From Octopus sinensis (taxonomy: Eukaryota), in NCBI RefSeq assembly GCF_006345805.1, contig NC_042997.1, forward strand, positions 48,422,001 to 48,486,000: 64,000 nt of DNA. Reading direction: 5' to 3'. Position 1 is the stretch's first letter; every line of letters begins with the position of its first letter. Below the pieces are notes generated by a model. The model had not been told where the DNA came from, made no database searches, and saw only the letters and a list, made by a program, of their open reading frames with translations. This document shows positions 53,914-64,000 of this stretch, piece by piece. Made by a program: the position numbers and the translations under genes.

Positions 53914-54017
53914 CGTGGAAAACAATCTCAACGTAGGTTTTCGTAAATCCTGCCAACAGTACAAGGCATTGGAAAATTTTAATGTGATAAAAGGATAATA
54001 GCTTTTTAAGAGATCAT
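53914..54017 (-). CDS. Candidate 104-nt exon (xDLLKSYYPFITLKFSNALYCWQDLRKPTLRLFST)
   Basis: Acceptor AATTTTTGTAG, donor ACG|GTAAGA, and one frame open to the donor. No family recognised. Confidence 0.22.
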
Positions 54018-54284
54018 CTACAAAAATTCACGGTAAACTCTATAAGGAATTATCAAATTTTAAAAAACCGAAAATACATCTTTCTTTCCTCCGATAAAAC
54101 GTAAAATTTTTCAATTTCCATACTTCTTTAAACCATTTCCGATTATTATACTTATCAATATTTTGTGCTATCAGCTGTAATATTCTCGACGTTGCTAGAA
54201 GTGTTTTTGTTTGTTTGTCTTTTCTTTTTTGGGGTATTTTGGTATTATTAATGGAAGTGTCATGTTGAGAAGTATTTAATAATC

Positions 54285-54720
54285 CTTTTTACTCTAGGTA
54301 CAAGGCCTGAAATTTTGCGGGTGGGAGCTAGTCGATTACATCGACACCAGTGCTCAGCTGGTTCATATATCATCAACCCTGAAATGATAAAAGTCGACCT
54401 CAGCGGAATTTTAAATCAGAACGTAGAGACGGACGAAATTCTACAATGCATTTCGTCCGGCGTGCTAACTTTTCTGTCATCTCACCGCATTAAGTGAAGC
54501 ATTTAATAACGGTTTCAAATTTTGTCACAATGGCAGCAATTTGTGGGGAGGGGATGCATCGATTACATCGACTAGAGTGTTCAACTGGGACTTATTTTAT
54601 CGAAACGAAGAAAGGTAAAGTTGACCTGGAGCGAATTTGAACTCAGAACGTAGCGACGAACAAAGTACCGCTAAGCATGTCGTCAGATGTCGTTAACGAT
54701 TCTACCAGCTCGTCGCCTTA
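54285..54720 (-). mobile_element. Two adjacent SINEs (54285-54490 and 54510-54720); the second has a 14-bp TSD
   Basis: Conserved core on the minus strand; GAAGCATTTAATAA at 54496-54509 and 54721-54734. Confidence 0.85.
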
Positions 54721-55048
54721 GAAGCATTTAATAATAATTTCAGTTTCTAATGTTTATACAATGTTTTTGTTGATTAGTTGGTATTGCTGAGGGAGTTATT
54801 GTTGCTGCGATTAACATTTCCGATATATGTAATTAGGAAATTTTATACATTTATCTACCTTTTTTTCGCAAATATTTTTCTTTGATCGTATTTCAATACT
54901 ATAGAAAATTCATTATTTTTATGTCTTACATTCACCACTTTCGAGTGTCAACTTCATATAAAAGTCCAACACGGCTTCATGGGTTATGAGCATGCATGCC
55001 GTGGATACCGACTCACCTTTTTATCGTATATTATATTCATTAATACAA

Positions 55049-55450
55049 GGCGGCGAGGCGATAGAAACGTTAGCACGTCGGGTGAAATGCGCAGCCGTAT
55101 TTCGTTTGCCGTTACGTTCTGAGTTCAAATTCCACCGAGGACGACTTTGCCTTTCATCCTTTCGTGAACGATAAATTAAGTACCAGTTACGCACTGGAGT
55201 CGATATAATCGACTTGATCCCTTTATCTGTCCTTGATTGTCCTCTCTGTGTTTAGCCCCTTGTGGGTAGTAAAGAAATAGAAATAGGTATTTCGTCTGTC
55301 GCTACGTTCTGAGTTCAAATTCCGCCGAGGTCGACTTTGCCTTTCATCCTTTCGGGGTTGATAAATTAATTACCAGTTGCGTACTAGGGTCAATCTAATC
55401 GGCTGGCTTCTTCCATCGAAATTTCGGGCCTTATGTCTAGAAAAGAAAAG
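55049..55450 (+). mobile_element. Two tandem SINEs (55049-55285 full length, 55286-55450 5'-truncated)
   Basis: Same head and core as 20184-20416. Confidence 0.85.
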
Positions 55451-56193
55451 ATTATATTCAAGAACACTTTATTCACTAAATTCAAATATTTAAAGTCAAT
55501 AACTAAAATTTCACGGGGATGTGGCTGTTATAGTTAAGAGAAGAGGCGACGATATAATCTCTCTAATGCAAATATTTAACAACAGTAAAAGACAACATCT
55601 GTATTTATGAACGAAATGATTCATAACTACTTTAAAGGATTTTTGTCATGATATAATGTATACCCGTCATAAACTTATTAAAATGTGTAAACAATAAGGT
55701 TCCCTTATTTGCAAAACATTAAATAACATGTAATTATGTTTTAGAAAGAAAAAAAGTAATGAATTGAACAATTTTAAGATATCAAAAATTTCTCACAATT
55801 CTATCAATATTACAGACAAATTAAATTAATTGACAGGGAAAATATAGTTATTACCATGGTTATCATATGTTAAAACATTCAAATTTCTTCCGTAAAAGTA
55901 TAAGGTGATCCACACGGATTAACTCTGTGTAGTTATATAAGCTCATTTATATCTACTGAATGAATATTTATCCTGTTGTGAAATTGGCAAGGGAACTGAA
56001 CTCATTAGCGGAACCGAACGAAATATCTGTGAAATTTATATAAAATCTATTTCGTGCAGGTATACACACAAAATCAGACACAGACAATATATACATATCC
56101 AGATTAACCGCAGTCGCGTAGCCGCGTGGCTGAAACGAGGAAAAGAAACCACAACGCATTCTTTATTTTCTCTCCTTGTTTCAATCTGCGTTC

Positions 56194-56229
56194 CTTTCTG
56201 TGGAAGAGCGTAGGCTCGAAACGTGAAAG
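56194..56229 (+). ncRNA. Degenerate HHR-like motif (related to 2486-2520 and 63025-63058)
   Basis: CTTT-CTGTGGA-A-GAGC(GTAG)GCTC-GAAA-CG-TG-AAAG. Stems are intact, but core A6 and H17 are mutated. Confidence 0.45.
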
Positions 56230-56318
56230 ACATTTTCACTTCCCGAGCGTTAAACTAATATATCTGTTTGTTGTCTACACCACCTGTCATCGTCTTGTGT
56301 TTTTTTTTGTGAATTCTC

Positions 56319-56370
<52 letters not shown>

Positions 56371-56424
56371 ATGTAATTTACGTATATATGTATGTATGTT
56401 TGTACATATGTATGCATGTATATG

Positions 56425-57723
56425 TAGGGTGTTCCATAAAGAGCGCCGAAATTGAATTGGGCAACACTTCTGCGTTTTGAAGTTTGAGGGCATGCTTTTA
56501 CCATATTTACTATCTCTCTTCACTCTGATTAATTGTTTTTCGGAATAGTGTGCAGTGTGTCACGGAGCAGTTTACAACTGAGCAACACGTTATCATTTTA
56601 CCAAAATGGAGAAAGTGCGAGGCAAACAGCTCGAACACTTCGTACCATTTTGGAGAGAAATGAAGCACCAGCACCCAACGAGTCTACGGTTCGTAGACTA
56701 ATGACGAAGTTTAAAACAACTGGTTCACTTGCAACTGCCAAATCCCCAGGACGGAATCGTTCTCGTCGGACAGAGCAACAAATTGTTGTCGTCCGAGACA
56801 CTGTCACTGTAAGTCTGGGAAATAGATTCGTCGTATTTCGCGGCAGTTGGGCATCCCGACCACTTTGTTACATCGAATTTTGCACAAAGATTTCCATACG
56901 CATGCGTACAAAATTCCACTTACGCAGTATCTTCAGCCACCTGACCAAGGGCGGCGGAGGAAATTTGCTGACTGGGTTGTGGAGAGACTTGGAACTGACG
57001 AGCATTTTGCAAAGAAAATCCCCTTCAGTGATGAGGTCGACTTCTACTGGTCAGTAAACAGAACTGCCAGATTTGGGGAAATAAAAATCCTGAAATAAGA
57101 GAGCGTGAAATGCATCCTCTGAAAGCGATTGTTTGGCATGGTTTTGGGGCAGGTTGAGTGCTCAAACCACTCTCCTTTGAAAATGATGAGGGTAATGCAG
57201 TTACCATTAATGGAGAATGTTACCGAAACATGATATCCACTCAGATATGGCCGAACTTGGAAAATACGGAGATTGACAACCTCTGGTTTCAGCAGGATGG
57301 AGCGATCTACCATATTGTGTGCCAAACATTTGCATTACTCCTCGAAAATTTTCCACAACGAACGATACGCTTGCATGGTGACAAGCAATGGCCACCAAGA
57401 TCTTGTGATTTCTTCTTATACGGGTATGTGGACTGACCGGTAAGCGTCAAGAAACCGCGTGATCAAGGTTTCTTGGCCTAAAGGCTGAAGTCAGGCGTGT
57501 GATTGGAGGCGTCAGACCACTCATCTGTGAGGGAGTTATAGGAAATTTCGAGGAACGCATAAATGTATGCAGACACACTGCAGGTGGACATGTGGCTGAC
57601 ATTGTGTTCCTTACCTAAACGAGAGCCATAACTCATAAGAAATAGGCAGAATATAATCATGATTATAAGGATTCGTTTTAATTATTCACCTCTAAAATTC
57701 GACACCCTTTATGGAACAACCTG
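56425..57723 (+). mobile_element. Tc1/mariner-superfamily transposon, rosa-like (DD41D), decayed
   Basis: TIRs AGGGTGTTCCATAAAG / CTTTATGGAACAACCTG; frameshifted transposase with FSDE, WFQQDGA..H and WPPRS-CDFFLYGYV. Spacing becomes D41D if the missing PDLTP is restored. Confidence 0.85.
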
Positions 57724-57805
57724 TGTAACACAGAGACAGAAACACAGACACAGATACACATACAGACACAGACACAGACATACACACACGCACGCACACA
57801 CACAA

Positions 57806-57842
<37 letters not shown>

Positions 57843-57845
57843 TAT

Positions 57846-57924
<79 letters not shown>

Positions 57925-58025
57925 AGCCTGCTCGCCTAGCCACAGGCGTCATTGGAAGGCTAAAACGATGCAGAGCTCATTGTAATCCTGTATAAGATCT
58001 CCTGCAGCTGTGGGTCACAAGATAA

Positions 58026-58079
<54 letters not shown>

Positions 58080-58087
<8 letters not shown>

Positions 58088-58295
58088 ATATTTCGGAATG
58101 GTCATATTGCCAGTTTAGCCAATAAAACCACACGCACTATATATTTGGTGTTATTTTGCTTCAGTGTTATTTATGTTTTACATTAATCTTACTCTTATTT
58201 CGGCCAGAGTTCTTTCGTCACACTCCTGTAACCGCATCAGTGGTCCTTTGTTTTCTTCTTTCTTATTTGTGTCTCTCATTACTAACCGTCAGCCA
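58080..58295. mobile_element. Short repeat with an HHR-like variant, copy 2 (motif on the minus strand at 58202-58245)
   Basis: Reverse complement of 26340-26550; abuts (TA)n. Confidence 0.75.
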
Positions 58296-59008
58296 TTTTG
58301 TATTTCTATTGTATGACTTCATTTGCGCGTGCTTATATCTCTATGTGCGTCTATGTTTATTTAGTGTGTGGGGGGGATGCCTGTAATATTTGTATCTTCT
58401 GTTCATGTAATTTGTTTTTGTTATTGTTGTTTTTGTTTATTCTTATTTTGTTCATGTGTTTACATCCATTTATTATTATCATTACATATGCTTGTATGTA
58501 TGTATGTATGTATGTATGTATGTATGTATGTATGTATGTATGTATAACAACAATACTACTACTACTAATAATATATATATACTTTATTAAAAGCAATCGG
58601 CAGAAAAAATAAAAAACAACTTTTAGGAACAATAGCAGTTTGTGGATTTTTCGTTATCGAAGAGCGATAAGCCGAAAACAAAACGTTTTATTTCACGGTT
58701 GGCAGCCAGTGTTGCTAGGTATGTGAATGAAAATATAGGAGTTAAGGAATGCAGTAGTTAAAATCTGGGCTACTTATGCTTCGTAGGGAGCGTAACCTCG
58801 GAATTGGTAAATATCCAAGCGAGGTGTATACCGCTGGCTACTCTTGAGACCAAGGGTATCTTGATAAATCATTTTAATCAAGATAACCTTGGCCTGAAGA
58901 GTAGCCTGCGGGCGCTTTCAGTATTAGAAAGTGAAAGGATTTTGTTGTCGCCTCAAGTACCACCAGGCACAATAAGAACCGAATGAATGAATACGCACGC
59001 ATACACGT

Positions 59009-59081
<73 letters not shown>

Positions 59082-60409
59082 ACACACACACACACACGCA
59101 TATATATATATATATATATATATACGATTACTGACAGGAATATGAATGCAATGTGTACTATCTAAATATAAACACACACACATATATGCGTATGTGAGTG
59201 TATGGGAGTGCATGTGTGTGTGTGTGTCTAGGGTGGTGTGTGTATCTTGGGTGTGTGTGTGTGATGCAGCTTCTGAAATATCCCTTCGGTTAAAGGATAA
59301 TATCATCCATACAATAGCAAGTTAATATGAGATGCATTTATTGTTCAATTTGTATAAGTGTGCTATCATCCATGATAAAAGAAGGTGCGCTCTCTGAAGT
59401 GAAATCTTTCAGAACTCCAAATAAATTTGGGACTACTCAACGAATTTTGTTATTTTTTCCTTCTGGATTCTATTTTACACATTCTCGTAAATGTGATGCC
59501 GGAAAACATTACTATTGAATACAATATTCCACGGTGTAATTCATATGCTAACAATGGCTGAATTATGGCACGCTAACAATGCCTAAATTATTCTAGTTGA
59601 AGAATTTACAGCATATTTTTTCTAAAGGTATTCACATATAATATTTTATGCAGATAATAACTAGTTCAGTTATGTAATCGCATCATATTTTATTGTCAAT
59701 TATATTATCATATCAATACTTTATCACTTTGTAATATTTGATGTACGATGTAGCCAACATTGTAGATCAAGAGGTTAAACCTCAGGATTTTATTCTCTGT
59801 TTAAACAATTTTAGTTTTCAAAAGTCCCCAGTTCACACGGTTACTTCTGTTTCTCTTTCATAAACATAAGAATTTAAAATATATTTCTAATTAGATAAAT
59901 GGTCAGTCTAATCCTCTTTCACTGAAAATTTGAAAAGCCACTCCTATATACGTCACCAATCTCTAAGAAAAAATTATTTACTAAAATCCCCTAGTGCTTT
60001 ATTTCTATCTTGTTGGTCTTACATCCAGTTGTACTTGTATGTTATCTAAATTATTACACGTCACGCAAAAGATATTTACATAAATTGTTATTAACATAGA
60101 CGTATTATGTTGTGAGTAGAGCTGTGAGTGATTCTGTAAGCAGTGTTATGTTTCGTTTTCTATTGTGAAATCTCGCTATAATTTTTGTGTCATAAATGCG
60201 CATGAAAATTTGTATGCAATATTGTGAAGGTCTTTTTAATATTCACAAGTGATTGGTTCTGTTTCCAAACTTCATTTTCTGGATATATTTAATTTCATGC
60301 GTTTATATTCGTCTCATTTCTTCATGTCTTAATGAGATAAATTTTTGTCCATTGGGTTTTCGATTTACCGTAACTGTCTATGTGAATAAACAGATAATCG
60401 ATTTGATTT

Positions 60410-61560
60410 AATATTCCTGTCTTCATGAGTTGACATGTCGCGCTGTATATTCCCTTTGGCATGCTCTGAAATATATCTTGCAATGTTAGTGTAATATTAT
60501 TGTGTGGATATTATTATAGCCGCCATTTTCAGTTTCATTTATTCTCAAGTCCTTGTACAGTGCTTTATCTTCGCAATCTTCCATCCTGCAGAAGCCTCAC
60601 CTTCTTACTTCCGACAATAGCGGTTCTGTGGCATTTTTTACATATCATGCTATATTATTTTCTTCTGCTCTAATGCTATGTTCGCATCCAAGCATTCTTC
60701 TTCCTCCTATTTCTCTTGGTACATACAGTCTGTCTATCTCACTTTTTGGCTGGAGTATCCCATATCTAGTTGGCACCTTCCTTGTCTTTTTGTCTAAGCT
60801 GTTTAGTTCGTCTACTGTCCATGCCATTAAACTTGCTCCATATCTAAGGAGTGATAGCTTCAATCTTATTAAATTCGTTTAATTCCGACTTAAGGACCAG
60901 TCTGAGTCTGAGCAAGTATTCCACCTGAAATTTTTTTGTCATTTCTTTCTTCATCAATTTATCCATTTCCAATATCCCCGAAGACTTATAGCCCGCCGCT
61001 TCTATCTGCTTCATAACCTCCCCCGATGATATCGTTAGCCCGTCCATACATTTAATTTTGCTTCTCTTCAAGACTAACACAGCATACTTTTTTCAGTTTG
61101 AACTCCATTCTGATATCAGCACTGAAAGTATACACCTGGGATTCATCCTTACCATAAAGTTTGAGGTCATCCATGAATAACAAGTGGTTGACTTTTGTTG
61201 GTTGTTCTTTAATACATACTCAGCCTTTGCTTTCCTCAGAATCAGTGTTAGTAGTATCATGCACAGTACAAAGATCAGTGGGGACAGGCAGTCCTCTAAG
61301 AAGATGCTTCTCCTGATGTCTATTGTCACTAAATTTCTTCCATGTGCTGTCAGTTCCGCCCTCCACTTCACCATACTTTCTCCAAAGAATCGGTCAATAT
61401 TCGATGCAATATCAAATAATCCAAGAATGTAGGATAATATCGTATAACTTGCGATAATCGATCCATGTCATGGCTAAGTTAGTTTTCCTCCACTTGCATC
61501 TCTAAGTACAATTTCGTCTATCTGGATTTGATCCTTGGTACCTCAGTACTTATCCTTGCA
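60410..61560 (-). mobile_element. R4/Dong-like LINE reverse-transcriptase fragment
   Basis: Translations IRRSIFLEDCLSPLIFVLCM, NHLLFMDDLKLYG, GYKSSGILE, LDKKTRK and DRLYVPREIGGR; frameshifted. Confidence 0.85.
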
Positions 61561-61655
61561 TCCCTTCTGCTCATGCGACAAGACTCCATATTTTTCTAGA
61601 AGCCCCTATATTGACTCTGCGACTACTTCAATCAGTCAATCAATTATTATTATTA

Positions 61656-62210
61656 TTGAGGGAGAGAGCAGTGCATGCCATCAAAGTGACACTGGGGTAA
61701 AATATACAAAGCCCAATATACCTATCATGACTATCTATCTGATAAAATACACCAGGCACATGCTTCACAATCATATGTGCGTGACCTGGTGATCTCATAT
61801 CAAGATAAACAGCGCATGACCTTGTAGGTGGGGCCCGGTTAGAATTTTCTTGTGGTCGAGTAGCCCACATTGCTCAAAAGGTCCTTAAATAAGGATTGTT
61901 TAAGGATGTTGAACGAACCACCCATGTTTCCAAGGGTGAATTATTCAAACTTCTAAAAATTCTTTTCAACGCACGGCTATGATCCTCCCCCACTACTTCT
62001 GCTCATGATCAGAGATGCACATATCGTCAGCCACTAAAGGACATGGTCAACTGGTTAAGGTCAAACAACTGACAAGCAAATCTGTGGTATTGAGCAGAAT
62101 ATTTGCTGTAGCCCATTTTTTATACCAAGACAAAACAATATACATGATAACACTTCCAATCACTTAAGATCAGAAGTCACGAGAGCCACTGCCTTGTACT
62201 GCCTCAAGGC

Positions 62211-62212
<2 letters not shown>
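61656..62212 (-). mobile_element. (AAT)n-tailed non-coding repeat, copy 2 (about 45 nt longer at its 5' end)
   Basis: Colinear with 38773-39291; flanked by (ATT)n. Confidence 0.85.
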
Positions 62213-62264
<52 letters not shown>

Positions 62265-62416
62265 TACTACTATTACTACTACTACTACTACTATTATCAT
62301 TGTTACTATTATTAAGTTGAGCACTCATGTCGATAAATTACAAGCCGTTTGCCTATAGTGTAAAGAATAAACTACTATTAGTGTTAACCTTAGTAAATAT
62401 TCTGTTACAGCAGCAC

Positions 62417-62417
62417 C

Positions 62418-62469
<52 letters not shown>

Positions 62470-62497
62470 CAGTAGTTGTAGTTGTTGTTGTAGTAGT
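62417..62497. repeat. (TAG)n/(TTG)n microsatellite
   Basis: Visible simple repeat. Confidence 0.9.
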
Positions 62498-62881
62498 AAG
62501 CAATCATTGTATTTAATAGCATGTTTTCTGGTTATTAAATGACGATCCCCAATATGTTTTTTAACCTGGTGCAATCGCACAAATTATTTTCTTAAAAAGG
62601 AATTTTCAAATTAATCCATCAAAATTTTAATAACTGAAATATGTTTAATAATTTTTATTTTTGTATGTGTCTCCCTATATTTTGAATGTCACATTTTCAA
62701 TATTTCTTTTAAATATTTCACATATAATTAGAAACTTTTAGTGATCTTACTCGTTTGTTTACACAAACGCACATAGTCAGATACGCTCCACACTCAAAAC
62801 GCGCATACTTCTATATGTACAAACGCGTATATATATATACACACACGCACACACACACATATATATATGTATATATATATG

Positions 62882-62913
<32 letters not shown>

Positions 62914-63554
62914 ATATATTTATATATATATACACACATATATATACATATATAATTATATACATGTGTGTGTGCGTGTTTCTGCATAATTCTGGGAGTC
63001 CTATCTATTTATTTTCTCTTTTTCCTTTTGTTGAAGAGTGTAAGCTCGAATCGTAAAATACTTTCTCACTTTCTTGAGCATCAAACCATTACACCTGCTT
63101 GTTGTTCATAATCCTGTCGTCGTCTTTTGTTTTTCTGTAAATTTCAACTATATATATGTTAGAAATTAAAAAAGGAAAATACACACAGTTTACATAGTTT
63201 TAATATTCGACCTGTTTCGCTTTTGCTATTCATGATATTATGGTTTACTTATTTGAATATGTATTTTCTTAAGAAGAAATATTAGTCCATTATGTGTGTT
63301 ATGATATATTTACGAGTGAACGACTTCACAAGTAGAAAAATACGGGGAGGTAATTGGTTAACGTTATTATTATTGTTGTTTTTGACAAACGAGATAACTG
63401 TTCAGCTTTCGGTAAGAGAAGGGGAATATATATGTACGCACAAAAAATGGTTTCGAAAAACTTGTTTAGTGAGGGCTTAATGTACAGTGATGTAATCGTG
63501 AATTGAAATAAGTAAAAAGGTAAATGTTGGTTATGCATGCATATTAAGACGTGT

Positions 63555-63745
63555 TCTTTATTCTTTTACTTGTTTCAGTCATTTGGCTGTGGCCATGCTG
63601 GAGCACCACCATTGGTCAAGGAAATCGACACCAGGACTTGTTCTTTGTAAGCCTAGTACTTATTCTATCGTTCTCTTTTTGCCGAACTGCTAAGTTACGT
63701 AAACGCAGCAGCATCGTTTGTCAAGCGATGTTGGGGGGGGACGAA
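63555..63745 (-). mobile_element. CORE-type SINE 3' half
   Basis: Minus strand ...GGTGGTGCTCCAGCATGGCCACAGCCAAATGACTGAAACAAGTAAAAGAATAAAG. Confidence 0.8.
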
Positions 63746-64000
63746 AAAAGTTTCTTTATTTAAACGTCCTTGTGGGGAGATTGTGTCTTTGCACTGGTAG
63801 AAGGGGAAGACTGAGAAATTTGGTTTGATGTCATCTGCACATTTTTCTATATGTTCACTGCGAGGAATTTGTCTGTATATCTCTTTATGTAGAATGGTTC
63901 TCCTTCTCAAGGTCATACTCGTCTCTCCAATATAGTTGTGTCCGCACCCCGAGCAGGTTATTACATAAATTAGGTTCTCAGAGGCACAAGTGAAACTAGT

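Overview
Strongly AT-rich, microsatellite-dense animal DNA, most likely intronic or intergenic. The SINE families and repeat landscape resemble an octopus genome as I recall it; this is inference, not a database match. I cannot confidently identify a host protein-coding gene, only a few splice-bounded exon candidates. The window is dominated by mobile DNA: (1) a full-length, nearly intact CR1-like LINE on the minus strand (33619-~38000). Its ORF1 combines a Myb/SANT-like domain, polyQ tracts and two CCCH fingers. Its APE+RT ORF2 has no AUG before the endonuclease domain and overlaps ORF1 in the -1 frame across a U_UUU_UUA heptamer. (2) Decayed mariner (D34D), rosa-like (DD41D) and Chapaev3-like DNA transposons. 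(3) R4/Dong-like and CR1 LINE fragments, a Helitron 3' end and many tRNA-derived SINEs. (4) About a dozen minimal type-I hammerhead ribozyme (HHR) motifs of the Penelope-like kind, two with a complete core. Several lie in fold-back inverted repeats anchored on (TA)n tracts. There is also an apparently identical tandem duplication with a 975-bp period and two pre-miRNA-like hairpins. Most entries in the ORF track are microsatellite or antisense artefacts.
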